64,000 nucleotides of DNA, taken from the NCBI GenBank assembly GCA_000320545.1, contig ADNK01001816.1, forward strand, positions 73,704 through 137,703. The letters run 5' to 3'. The first letter of the stretch is position 1. Each line of letters starts with the position of its first letter. Below are positions 26,494 to 39,599 of this stretch, piece by piece. The notes below the pieces were generated by a model. That model saw only the letters and a program-made list of their open reading frames with translations. It had not been told where the DNA came from and ran no database searches. The stretch comes from Bigelowiella natans CCMP2755. Its lineage: Eukaryota > Protista > Cercozoa. Position numbers and translations under genes: made by a program.

Positions 26494-27541
26494 GTGTTGG
26501 GAGGAGGAGGAGGAGGAGCAAAGGGTTAGAAGAAGGAAGTATATTGCAACTGCATCATGTTGTTGATAGTAGTAGCAGTAGTAGTAGAAGTAGATGTGCT
26601 GCTGCTCAAATTATTCAAATCGAGATACGACTGATGATGCTTGTAATATACCAATTTCTATAAGTACACACACACACACACACACACACAAATACGGAGA
26701 AAAAGAGAGAGAGGGAGAGATAGAAAAGGGGGTGGGTAGGTAGCAGCTACACTTGGGTTCTGAGTATGCTGATTTAAGGAGGAGGAGGAGGAGGAGGAGG
26801 AGGAGGAGGAGGGTTCAATCATCTTTAATGAGTACATGTATGAGTTGTACATAATAATCATTAGTAGTAGTTAATAATACCCAGCGGGAGACCATATTTG
26901 CTCCCCATCCTCTCTCCATTCTATCATACATCAACATCCTCCTCCTCCTCCTCTTCTTCTCCTTTCTATAATTTGTGCATAATAATAAGGCAAAAATCGA
27001 TTGGAAAATGCTCTCAAGAGGTGAAAAAGACAAGTGTTCTTCTATCAACCTAGAGACAATCAATATATCGTTTGAGTATGATGATAATCCTTGTAGTAGT
27101 GAAAGAAGCTAACACAAGTAGACAACAGCTTAACTCGAATCAATTATACATGGATTGATGAGAAAGACAGTTATAGTTGTTGTAGTTGTTTGTTCTTACC
27201 AGGTGGTTGTTGTTGTTGTTGTTGTTGTTGTTGTCGTTATTGTTGTTGTATATTTGATGTGTTAGTGATACATTCCAGGCAATTAGCGTTGGAGCAGTGA
27301 GATGGATTCAAACGAGGGTGATGGATAAATTTTATGTATATCATATCGTATAATACTCCGTATAATGTGTAGAAGGAAGTGTATGTTCGTTGGATAGTAA
27401 GTCTGTTGTGTAGAAGGAACTCTATATTCGTTGGATAGTAAGTCAAGAAGAATAAGAAGATATAGAAGAACATAAAACAACATAAAATAATATATATCTT
27501 CCAACTATAATTAACATCATATTATAAATTGACAATGTAAA

Positions 27542-27581
<40 letters not shown>

Positions 27582-27966
27582 GTGTGTGTGTGTGTGTGTG
27601 TGTGTAACATTCTTCTACTGGTACTACTACTTCTCTCTATGCTACCATTCTACCAGATATTTGACAGTACAAAGGCGTGTTTTGAGGAGCTTAACGCTCT
27701 TGGGTATGGAAAGAAGATGCTATATGTTTAAAAAGGAAGGGGGTGCTAATTTTCATTACTTGACGTTGCGGCTGTTTGACTTTTATCTGTTGGGATGGGG
27801 TATTTTGCTCCTTTTACTTACTGACTAAAGTATGTTGTGTTTTATTATTTTAAACAATCATTCAAAGATATAAGTCATTTGCTACTTGTTTGCGGGAGGA
27901 CAGCGTATCTTTGTAATAAAACAACAAATGATCTCCTATTAATGAATCATCCTACTCTTCTGCCAA

Positions 27967-28011
<45 letters not shown>

Positions 28012-28325
28012 AAGATAATAATTGTTTTTCTTTCTCGAGCATCATCATCATCATCATTATCATCATCATCATCATAGTATGAATTATCTTATCTTTTAAT
28101 GAGAGTCGCAATGAAGAATGATCATGATCCTAACGTTCAGATATGATGAGGGTACTAATATTGATGGTTCAAAGATTGCACTCTGGATGGGAAATGAAGT
28201 GCTCTTACTTACTACTCCAATTCAACAATTAAGCATGCAGCATTAAAATCCATAACTTCACATACTTTCTCTCTCTCTCCTTCCCTCCCCCTCCCCCCCT
28301 CTCTATCTTTCTCTCTCTGTGTGTG

Positions 28326-28368
<43 letters not shown>

Positions 28369-28739
28369 ACAACTACTACTTATAGAAACGAGGACTTTCA
28401 GAAGAAGCTATGGAGCTATCTAACGTGTGTGTTATGCTTCCAATGAAAGGAATGGTATTATTTATCATCATACTTGCATCATACAACGGATATGTATATG
28501 TTCTATCTATCTATATGTGATTGATGTTAATATTCGTCGTCACATTATTATTCTTATTATTATTATTATTATAATTATTATTATCATGATCTCATTCCCA
28601 TATTTCCATTATCAGGTTCAAAGCTTGAATCTATCCACTGCTGCTGCCATATTCTTGGCAGAGATCATGCGACAACGCTCTGTTCGTAGTAGCAAGGATC
28701 CCAACCATGATAATAAGTAGTATTGGCCATTATATGCTG

Positions 28740-28782
<43 letters not shown>

Positions 28783-29250
28783 TACAATATATGTGTGTGT
28801 ACGATTTTGCATGACTAAATGATTTTAGGCGAATATTTGTACTTAATTGATGATGTCTATCAATCAGCACTCATTGTTATCGTTTCAGATGCTACGAGTT
28901 TGACGAGTCAGAACGAGAGGCCATTTTAGATAAAATCCTCGTCAATGACTTTGTGCGGAGAAAGAAAGTAAGTTTTAATTTATGTGTATATTAAGGGATG
29001 ATGATCATCATCATCATGATGTTTCCGACACAACAATCGATAGATGATATCGCTCTATGAGCTGCTGCTGTAAAATTCCTACATTGGTACATATAATAAA
29101 ATCAATCACTTTCCACCTCAATCTTATTGTTTCAATCAGATCCAAATATTTGGTGATGAGGACAATGACAACGGTAATGTTGGTGAATCTGACGGAATTG
29201 GTGGTAAAAAGAGAATGGACTATTGGGAAAAAAGGGCAACAATGAGATGA
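23994..29250 (+). CDS. trmH: SpoU/TrmH-family tRNA/rRNA 2'-O-ribose methyltransferase (bacterial TrmH-like) with organelle-targeting leader, multi-exon
   Basis: SPOUT motif 1 IVVVLEHIGNYENAAAVIRSCDAFGV (~26077-26151), motif 2 LWMGNE-KRGLSEEA (28181-28410), motif 3 LPMKGM-VQSLNLSTAAAIFLAEIMRQR (28437-28678). The last exon ends ...KRATMR* at 29250. The N-terminus has a hydrophobic segment followed by an S/R-rich region. Confidence 0.85.
24499..24678. repeat. 44-54-bp tandem repeat (4 copies) spanning the first donor site of the TrmH gene
   Basis: GACATGGMG|GTATGA...TATGAATTCGTAGTAG recurs at ~24504, 24558, 24602 and 24646. Confidence 0.92.
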
Positions 29251-29662
29251 CAAGTCAATGGGGATTCTGACATTGAACGATAACCGTGCAAATGATGAAA
29301 TGTGTATTTTATTGGCACGAATGATAATTGTGATGATTGATGATAAACCACGTCATCTTTGAGAATAAATATTTATGTAAGCACATCGATTGTTGTGTTT
29401 CTGGTGATGCAACCATCATTCCTTTTATTGATGACTATTCAATCAGGCATTGCATGTGCATGTGAGCAAGTAGCATGGGATATGTCCCGCTACTATCTAG
29501 CTATGTATATGCACTATAGCACAATAACGTAACGCTCAATTATGTATGCTAGTATGGCATGCACGTACGCTAGCACGCTAGCACGCACGTACTGCACTCA
29601 CACCTGCAAAATATCGTGAAATGACATCCATAACAGTTTCCTGTTAGCTTCGCAGAATAGCT

Positions 29663-29699
29663 ACCCACCCAGCTTTAGAATCAGAGCTGTACGAACGCC

Positions 29700-29739
<40 letters not shown>

Positions 29740-29792
29740 CGGATGTAATTCTTCTAACCCACCCAGCTTTAGAATCAGAGCTGTACGAACAC

Positions 29793-29838
<46 letters not shown>
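29663..29838. repeat. Duplicated 38-bp block, each copy followed by an (AT)n tract
   Basis: ACCCACCCAGCTTTAGAATCAGAGCTGTACGAAC(G/A)CCCAA + (TA)n at ~29663 and ~29757. Confidence 0.88.
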
Positions 29839-29840
<2 letters not shown>

Positions 29841-30268
29841 CGGCTGGTGCGGCTTTGCTCGCCACGCGCGTGCTATGCTAGCATGCATAGAGAAAGAGAA
29901 CTCTGCTGTTGTCTCTGACTGCACATTTGCCCCACCAAACATCTCTAAATTTGCAAACTTTTTATGAGATTTTCATGTGGAAATATCAACATATGTAGCC
30001 AGGTAGTGCTCTAGCTTCCTAGTATTGATTAAAACAGACATTGACATACGCACACTACTATCGGCAAAGAATTTAATATACATTTCATATTGTGCATGGA
30101 TGTCTTCAACTTCAACACGCATGAGTTTAGAGACGTAGAGAGATCTTTTTATAAGAGAGCTTTGCTCTCTATAACCACATGTCAACTTAAAATAATGATG
30201 CAAGTTCAGCGTGTGATGAAGGTTGCCATGCGATGTAACTTCATGATGTCCGTAACAACCACTTATTT

Positions 30269-31667
30269 TTAATCTTCAAAAGCTCGTTCAAGGATGAGAG
30301 GGAACAGCTTCATCAGATTAGGAGAATCTCTTTCTAATGCTATCTTTGCCATCACTGCCCTATTGTAATTTTCTCTGTAGAACCTCAACCGCTGTTTTGA
30401 GCTCATGACCGATTCAACGCCACGAAGAGGATTACCATCTAGCTCCAAATCTATTAAGGCTGGGCATGCACCCACGTGGTAAGGAAGCTGCTCGACGTTG
30501 TTGTGAGAAAGATTAATTTGGTAAAGGCTTTTGCACCCGCATATGTCACGAGGAAGACTCTGAACACAGTTTTGTGGAGCTGAGAGAATTTGAAGAGTAG
30601 TGAGCTTGCTGATGGAATCAGGTAGGCTCTCAATGCGATTCTTTCCAAGGGACATTTTCCTGTTAATGAATGAATGTTGTGGCTTGGGTCGTCGATCGAT
30701 CAACATGCTGTTTCACCGTCTCAATTTGTACCTTCTTACCCCGCCTCCTCCCAAACCCATCTTACAAATGAATAAGAAACTTGTTAACACAACAAAAACC
30801 ATTAACAAACATGTGTTGTTTCTGTAGAAATTCTTCATCATTATTGGTATGGAACGAAGAACAATATTGCACTACCTAATTGACTTGAGATCTCCAACCC
30901 CATTTGGAAGTGAAGTAAGGTTATTATTGTCTAGATATAACTCCTCAAGATTCACTAAATTGCCAATGCCGTCTGGTAGACTCTCAAGATAGTTATCACA
31001 GAGCCATAGCTTTGTCAGACTTTTGGCGTCATAAACCTTGTAAAATAAGTTAATTAATCATCCTAAAATTACAGCAGCACAGTCTTAAATTAACGTGAGA
31101 TATCAGTTATACTCAAAAGCGGCTTCCAATGCACCCAGGAAGTTAATTAGTGGCAAGAAAGAGAAATATAGGATAATCGGAAATGCATGCGGCTGAGGCT
31201 GCTGTCGCCATAAGGGCACGCAGGGTGAAGATTTGCTACAATAAATTGCATAGCTGCTAGAAACACCAGTTGTTGTTACACACATCTGGTTCCTCGCATA
31301 GTAGGAATTTTGTTGATGGAAAAGTAAATACCTGCTTCGGGATAGTATAAAGTTTATTCATGGAAAAGTCGAGCTTTTGGAGGGTTTGGATCCTCCCAAG
31401 GGTGTCGGGTAAACTCTTGAAGCTATTTTCCTGAAGACGCAGCGTTTGCAGGCTTTTCAATTCAGAAATTTGCTTGGGTAAATCAGTAATGTTCTTCCCC
31501 TTTAGATCGAGCTCCTCAACTTGACCAAGCTTCTGCTCTAATGTGATGCCTATCTTTGTTAACCATTCTTGGAGAACTTCACTTGCTGTTGGCTCTGGAG
31601 GTGGGGTTGGCGCTCTATCTTTTTTCTTTTTCTTTTTTTTCCTCTTCTTGAAGCTCATTTTGAACAT
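30269..31667 (-). CDS. Leucine-rich repeat protein with basic (poly-Lys) N-terminus, multi-exon
   Basis: Repeated LxxLxLxxNxLxxLP units (LDLKGKNITDLPKQISELKSLQTLRLQENSFKSLP; LWLCDNYLESLPDGIGNLVNLEELYLDNNNLTSLP at ~30905-31010; LSHNNVEQLPYHVGACPALIDLELDGNPL). ATG at 31667 (MFKMSFKKRKKKK), stop 30269. Confidence 0.88.
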
Positions 31668-32227
31668 GGTGCTAGTTTTGGAGAGGGACCAGAGGGACCA
31701 GACACTCAAGGCGGGAGAGTTTGGTGAATTAGGGGGAGGAGGAGGAGGAGCGCAGATTAGGTTTGAGGTATGAATCTATCTACTACTGATATAGTAGTAG
31801 ATCTAGGTAAAAATATTACGATATTATCGGTACGATTTATTAATTTATTTATTCATTACAGGATGGATCAACGACAACAACAACAATACCAATTAAAAAC
31901 ATGCTAGTAGCTAAAAATATTAGGATATTATTGGTATTAATATCTTACCAGAATGACAATATCGACAACAATAACGACAACAACAACCACAGGCACATAA
32001 TAAGCACACACAAGGAGGAGGAGGAGGAGGAGGCACCACATAGACATCATAGGCGCAAGGAGGGACAAGTGCAGCCACAACACAGCCGTAAGCATCGATA
32101 AAGCTTCCCACAGGAAACAATTTAGCGATAAGAACACGTCAAACGGTATTAAACGCAAGGTTACTACATCAAAACTACAATCAATAGAGTTGTTTGTCGG
32201 ATAGGATAGCACCAGAGCAAGGCTGCA

Positions 32228-32879
32228 ATGGCTCCTGCCAGGTTCAAGAATGTCGTCTTTGGATTTTTCGGGTATATAAGCCTGCGGTCAAAAAAGAAAG
32301 GCAGACACCACCTCGCAAGGAGAAGAAGATTTTGATTACTCCTACATTTTAAATCATTAACCAAAAAAACAACATGTTCGGTAAATCCACACAACCGCTA
32401 TCTAACCATTCATTATATCCAGGCTGCTTGTCTCATCGTCCCACATTAACCTGAATCAGCAGCATTTATTGAGTCCTCCTCGTGGATTACTCTTCCACAA
32501 GAGTGCGATGACAGTAGTAGCGCCAAAAAAAACAACGACGACGATGTCAATGATTTTAGGAAAAACAGATTCTTCAAGTTTTCATCATACCCGGCACACT
32601 ACTCCTTCCATCCCTCAGCATAGAAGCATCATAAGTACGGACAGAATAGTGAAAGTTCTTGATGCAGCAGCTCAGCAGCAACACCAACCGCCCAAGAACA
32701 AGGAGGGTAGTTCCTCTTCTCCCCCCCCATCGAGACTCTCAGCGTGGATCCAGGCAATCCGCCCCAAGACGCTTTCTGCTTCCCTTATGCCTGTTCTCGT
32801 AGGTCCGCTAGCAAATATTAGCGGAAAATAACATCACGCTATTTTGGTTTATCCCATGTGATTTTTTCCTCTGATAATA

Positions 32880-32919
<40 letters not shown>

Positions 32920-34095
32920 TGTAGGGCACGCGTTGGCGTGGGAGGAGTACAGATCAGCAGACATCGGTGTTTCCTTTTTGTTTTGGATATTCGCCGTCCT
33001 TACTCAGATCGGAACAAACCTCCACAACGATTATGCTGACTTTGTAAAGGGGGCAGATACGAATCTTCGTGTAGGCCCAGCAAGAGCAACACAAAAGGGA
33101 TGGATCCAACCCAAAACCATGGCCAAAGCGTCATCTCTCATCCTCGCTGCTGCCATTGCAGTTGGAATTCAGCTCGTATCGATGGGAGGAGGCCTACCAG
33201 TAGCCCTGGCCGTATTCGCATGTATCTTCGGCGCGGTAGATTACTTTCACGTTAGCAAGCATGCCATGTCAGCTCCTCGAAGACAACAAACAACATATAC
33301 ATGTAGTACTTTTATGAAAATGCTGCTACTAAACCTATAACACCTGATAATACTAATAACACTCAACAACTGCTATTTTTATAAATATTCACTAACCTTC
33401 AGGTCGCATATACAGGAGGCCCTTATCCTCTTGGAGCAATAGGCCTTGGTCACATAAGCATTGCTTATGCAGGGTTGGGGGATGTGTTTACAATGTTCTA
33501 CTTTGGGCTGGTTCCTGTTTTGGCCACATACTACCTCAATACGGGATTTATCTCTGCTACAGCAATTGGATTCTCACTCATCATGGGTAGCTTTGCCAGT
33601 GCAATCATCACTGTCAACAACATCCGCGACGTAGAGACCGACAAAGCAATTGGCAAGAAAACCAGTGCGGTTCGATACGGAGTCAAATTTGCAAAAAGAG
33701 AGTACGTGTTGTCAACGACTAGTAACAACATCTCTGATAACAAGAAAGATAACAAGGCTGTAAAACAGCAAAAGGATAGAAATGCACTTCATTCTTAAAT
33801 CGCGCAAAGACAAGATTATTGACGAGGGGTAGGGTGCATTTTAAATTAGTATTTTTGGTACTACAGGTATGGAATTTTAATGGTGGCTAGTTTCGCGCTC
33901 CTCCCAGTGATGTGGATGCTATCCCTTATCCCGGCACCATGGATGTTCCCGCTCATTGCTTTCATCATGGCTGATAAAGAGATTAGGGAGGTCTTCCGAT
34001 TGGAAGGTGCAAAGGTCAACAACAATGAAGGAAGGCTACAACTTTCATCCAATTCATTATAATGACATCATAGCTCATCATTGCAGCCATTAAGG

Positions 34096-34126
<31 letters not shown>

Positions 34127-34459
34127 AGATGATTCATTCTAGTGTCTCTTTCATCCTTACGAATACTACAACAACTGTTACAGTTAAACAAGTGCTTGTT
34201 CGGAACGGCACGCGTCCAGATAATCTTCACGCTAATTCAACTCTTTGCGATGTACAATGCCGATAGAGTGCGAGAGGTAATTCAACTCTTTGCGATGTAC
34301 AATGCCGATAGAGTTCGAGAGGTGGTAACAATGGTACTACGCTTACCTATCAACCAGCGACTATACAATGATGATGTACAATTAGGAACAAGACAAGTTT
34401 CAACTTTAATGTGAATGAACAATGTTTTATGAACAGGAACCCACAAACAAACACGCATA

Positions 34460-34507
<48 letters not shown>

Positions 34508-34784
34508 GGGGGGGGGGGGGGGGATGAGAGACTTTTTGTTAGGGCGTCCATTGGGTATATGTGTGTTCGGGCACGTGCTCATGTAAAATTGTTGTTGTTG
34601 TTGTTGTAACTTCAACTTTGAATAGGCGTGTTACGATTTCTACGTTCGCATGTTTTTAACCGTGGATCCCCTTCTTGCAATGGGTCTCAAAATGGGAATA
34701 TTCTTTGGTTACATAGCGCACAATCGTAGGCAGAGAGGTCAAGATCCTTTAAATCCTTATGCACGAGGTGATCAAATGGATTGA
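32228..34784 (+). CDS. menA: 1,4-dihydroxy-2-naphthoate prenyltransferase (MenA, UbiA family) with N-terminal leader, multi-exon
   Basis: Motifs AWIQAIRPKTLSASLMPVLVG, QIGTNLHNDYADFVKGAD, AYTGGPYPLG, GLGDVF, VNNIRDVETDKAIGKKTSAVRYG, LNKCLFGTA. The first exon MAPARFKNVVFGFFG (32228) splices in frame at ~32424. An additional last exon at 34626-34784 (ACYDFYVRMFLTVDPLLAMGLKMGIFFGYIAHNRRQRGQDPLNPYARGDQMD*) splices in frame after ...DRVRE. Confidence 0.9.
34233..34322. repeat. 45-bp tandem duplication at the end of a MenA exon
   Basis: TAATTCAACTCTTTGCGATGTACAATGCCGATAGAGT(G/T)CGAGAGG twice, one mismatch. Confidence 0.95.
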
Positions 34785-35797
34785 CATATTTTGTACATAC
34801 ATACGATACGTACGATCGTCGATTGCCGCATCATTGGACCATGTATCAACCCCGTACGTAGCGTAGTAGTGTGTGAGCAGGGAGCATAGGATATCTTCTC
34901 TACTCTAGTACTGAATAAAGCGAACCGAAAGAATATTTTACTTTGCGCCTAATTTTTTTGTGGCGGTGGCTAGCTAGATATAGTACGCGCTAGCCTAGCT
35001 AGCTAGTAGCGAGTAACGAACTGCGGTGCAATGAGACAAATAGATCGACACGCTAGCACGGCTAGAGGCGCAGATTGATGCGATCCTAATGTCCAACTAG
35101 CTAGCTACTGCTAGCCACGCGCATATGCTAGCAGCAGGCCGGATATTATCTCGCCCGTCTCTAGCAGCGGTGCCTAGCTAGCTATCTGCGCCCTGCGCCT
35201 ATATAGCTAGCTATAGTGCGTAGTCATATAATCTGTCCTAGCCACAGCTAGATAGCTGTACGTACATGTGTATGCTATGTGTGGTTCTGTTCAGCAGCAC
35301 AAACTCTATATTTACTAGTTCAGATGTTAAAGCATCGATCGCCCACAATCGTACGATACGTCATGGTATCTGACGGTCCGCAAGCAGCAAGAATATTCTA
35401 GTACGTATTAGGTGTATGTACATACATACTTGCACGCTGTGCATATACTAGCATAACATCATGCGTACATGTATATGTGTGGATGCGCGCTCCTATGCGA
35501 CACAACAAAACGCCTTCCCACTATGGTGTGTATACAGTAAAAGTGCCTTAGGGTCTTTGCAGTGAAGTGGTAATAATATACAAACGTCATTTGCCATTCG
35601 ACGAGCATATTCTGCTCTCGAGGAAAAATGGGATGATGGAAGAAAACTAGTCCGAATCCATAGTGTACGTGGTGGGGGTCACAAGTAGCTTCCCGGATTC
35701 AGATACATCATTAGAAATGCGACATCATTTAAAGCCAGTTTTGTATGGCTCAATTAGGCTGACAATTTTTAATACTCTCTTTCTGAGGCTGAATATA

Positions 35798-36682
35798 TCA
35801 CTTATTCTTCGCAGCCATTATCTTTTCCCATTTGGCGAACTCCCTTTTATGGCGCTCTTTATCCTCTGAAAGAATATGCGGTGAGGGTAAAATAGACGGA
35901 ACAAAATCAAAGAAGTTTACTGTGCTCCATATCGACGAACGGTGCCTTATCATCCTTGGTCATAACCTTCCACTTTTTACCAAGCTCTTGGAAAATTTCA
36001 TTAGCGTTGTAATCTTCAGCAAGCTGATTTGGAAAGAAAAAGGTGATGCAATGCCCTAGATTGAAGATGAAGATCTACCGCTTCTCTTTCTTGGGCAACG
36101 AAGAAGTTGTAAGCACCGCGGGGTCTTTTTGGTTTCTCGTATTTCTGAGCTTCTATCTTGACCTTTTCGTAACGCTCCTTGTCCTGGTTGCACTCACATT
36201 AGACATCGAATAAAAGGGAGGAAGTAATGCCTACTTCTTCAGCCATTTGAGTATATCTCTTTTTCTTCTTTGCAGTCAGTTTATTCCAACGGTCTGCGAG
36301 GAGTTGCATTAGCTTGACAGGCTTAACTTCCTTTTCCTCCTGGGCGACTGCGTAGCACAACCAGCACAACCAGATGACATCAGGGTTAGGCTGAGAGTAT
36401 ATGACAGGGAGAAACATCATACGTTTTGGACGCTCCTCTTTGCAGAAAAAAATGTATGCTGAACGAGCTCTCTTGGGCCTATTCTGTGTACAGAGAAAAT
36501 GGTATTATGATCAGTAAAGAGCAAGGAACATTATGAGGCTGTAAAAGTACTGGATCTTTGACGCCTTTGTTCTTCTTTCCCTTGGTGAAAGCTATTTCAT
36601 GACTAACACCGCGACGAGCAAGATAGCGGACCATCTTGACTCGAAGCAGTTGAGTGTCGCCCTTCTTAACGCTCTATGTATG

Positions 36683-36719
<37 letters not shown>

Positions 36720-36952
36720 GAGAGAGAAGGGGGGGGGGGAGATCAGTCAGGGATTATAGAGCAAGGTTTTTGACGTTTCAACGTTCCGGTTATCCCAAAA
36801 AATACTCGTCTTGGACAAAGGATTACATTGGCACCATTTATTTTCAGCGAGAGCAGTGAGTGTGCGATCATTCAACACACAGATAAGTAGCTGTTTATTG
36901 GAAAAAATAGAAGGTAGTGCTCAGTGCCCACCTTCTTGTTGGAGGAAACCAT
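35798..36952 (-). CDS. HMG-box protein with two HMG boxes (HMGB/Nhp6-like), multi-exon
   Basis: Box 1: KDP-NRPKRARSAYIFFCKEERPK...LMQLLADRWNKLTAKKKKRYTQMAEE-DKERYEK. Box 2: KPKRPRGAYNFFVAQE...EIFQELGKKWKVMTKDDKAPF...EDKERHKREFAKW. Probable start MVSSNKK at 36952, stop 35798-35800. Confidence 0.9.
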
Positions 36953-38507
36953 TCTCTTGGTGAGGCTCTGTAAGGAAGGTGAAGGGGGTGTCATTTTTCT
37001 TCCGTCGGTATGTACATCTCTTTCACTTTTATCTTATAAGGATTAGATTGTAGTATGTATGGGCATGCACATATAGACCAAGTATTATTCGTTAGTAAGT
37101 ATTCGTTAGAATTCCAAAGAGTGGAGGCTGCAACAAACTAAATGGTGGACCCGATTGGGTTAGAATATGTGTAGTTGTTGTATGTTTCTTATAGACTTTT
37201 TTGGGTTGTGACAGTTTTAAGTCTGAAAGTCCTTTACCCTCCAATCAAAACCAAGAAACTCTCTCGATAAAATTTGGCCCAACCATTTATAAGACACAAG
37301 TCAAAACATTAATCCACAAACGGCATTCCATTTTGATTCAGATCTTAGAAACTATAATTATCAATACTATTTTAGTAAACTAGTGTATTAATGAATACCG
37401 ACAAATCCATTAAAATATTTATACCTCTAAATATCCCACATTCAGTAAAGTAGGCATATCTCAAAATCTGGATTCACTTCATTTTAGCGTTCCAGGAGTT
37501 CTACGAACATGTAATTTTAATTTTAAGAGACATAATAATTTAAATATTAGTACTAAATGACCTGTAAAGATTCATAAAATCAAATAAAGACAGATTCCCG
37601 GAAATACACTTGAGCAGCTGTGCCCGTGTTCTTTTTAGGGAACATCAGTAGAATTTTTCAGATCTATAATTTGCCGAATTCTGAGATAAAATTTGTTTAT
37701 TAATGTGAGGTTTACTATTATTTTAACCGATACACTTGCCTCAAGTACATTTATCACGTCAATGTCTACATCTTTTCATAGCCTATCGACTTGAAAATAC
37801 AGCTCCATCCTTCACTTGCTCGCCTACCCATCATCGGTCTTTCTTTCCCCTTCTAAAAATTTCCCATCGTTTGCTCAGCCACAACAGACGTTCATGTATC
37901 TCTACACGAGATAACGACAACATTTTCCCATTGTCTATAACTGGATTGGGCCTTAGCTTTAAATTGAATCAACATCTTTTGAGGAAGGAAAAAAAATCAG
38001 TCATGTTAACGGGGTATTTTGTTCTCAGAATGTTAGTTCTTAAAATTTCAGCACATTTTTTACCGGTTTTCACGAAATGAGGTTGGTAGAAAAAATTGAG
38101 GATTTTTTCGGGAACAAAACATTCTAGTTCCACTTCGGTGAAAACGCCTCAATGCAGCCTGGATGTGTGTTTGACCGTTAGACACAAAAATGAGTGTGAT
38201 GGTCTTGATAGTTAACCGTTGCAACTTTGTGAGATTACGATTGATTTTGGATTTCGTGGAATTTTTCCCTCCATTTTTTGTTTGATGTGTGTGCGTATAC
38301 TCGTATACTCGTACTGCCAAAAAGAACAACATGAGATGGGTTGATTTCCAGGTGGATTTCCCACAGATTTCAGGATTTTTTTTAGGATTATCTGCGGATT
38401 GACGCACTCATGATCATTATGATCATCAAAATCATCAATTTAGACAATTTCTTACCGCATGTATTATAGTAATTATCATCACCATCATCATCATCATCAT
38501 CATCAAT

Positions 38508-38541
<34 letters not shown>

Positions 38542-38750
38542 CAACCTACGTCGACAGCAGCTCCCTCCCCTCGGTATGGTGCTCACATATTTTCAAGTAG
38601 GGGGGTTAAGAAAGAATACTAATTCCATTACCATCACTACACCCCCCACCCTCCGTCTTTCATAAATCAGATAAAAATGCCTTACTAATGGATTTCACGA
38701 ACAAGAGCACCGTAGAAGCAGTAATTTGAAAGTTACTACTACTTTGAATA

Positions 38751-39209
38751 ATGTCGTTGATACGGAGATTCACTGTCACCATCCTGACTGTGGTAGTGGT
38801 GACAGCTATAGCAGTTAATATTTCGATATCAGCACGGACAAGGATCACACTTACTTCTAGGGCATCCTCCTACTCCTCCGCCTCCTTCTCCTACTGGAGT
38901 AGTGTGAGACAGCAGCACCACATTTCAAATGCTGCTGCTGCTGCATCATCAAAAGCAATACTAGCAATGTGTGGTAGCAGGGAGAGGATGTGCTTCAGCG
39001 TGTTGCAATGGAGGGTGAATACTTCCATTCGATCTCGATCATCTTGCCAAGCATACGAATTTTCGCCAGAAATCTCCGGTAGCAGCTGCCCCGGTCAACT
39101 GCAGGTGTTTTATTTTCCAGCAGCACACATCTTGCACTGTAATGTATCTCCTGGTATATGCAGTGCATTACTTCCACGTACCCAACAAATATATAGTTCG
39201 TGTGTGGTG

Positions 39210-39245
<36 letters not shown>

Positions 39246-39560
39246 AGCTGCCGCTGCTGCTACAATTACTTCTACTACTACGTACCACTACTATCACCAC
39301 CACCATCAACACTACTACTACTCTACTAACTATACTACTACTACTGGAACTAGCCAAAACATCTGATCCATTGAACCTTTATAAATTGTATTGGAAGGTT
39401 TTCTCTGATCCAGCCAACCTTGATAAATTGTATTGGAAGTCAAGCTATCAGGTGGTCTACATGCTTAGTCGAATGATAATAAGGTGTACTACTGAGTAAT
39501 TTGTACGTGCAAAGGTGTATATTATACTACTACCATGTTCATTTTATCTTGGCCTCATGC

Positions 39561-39599
<39 letters not shown>

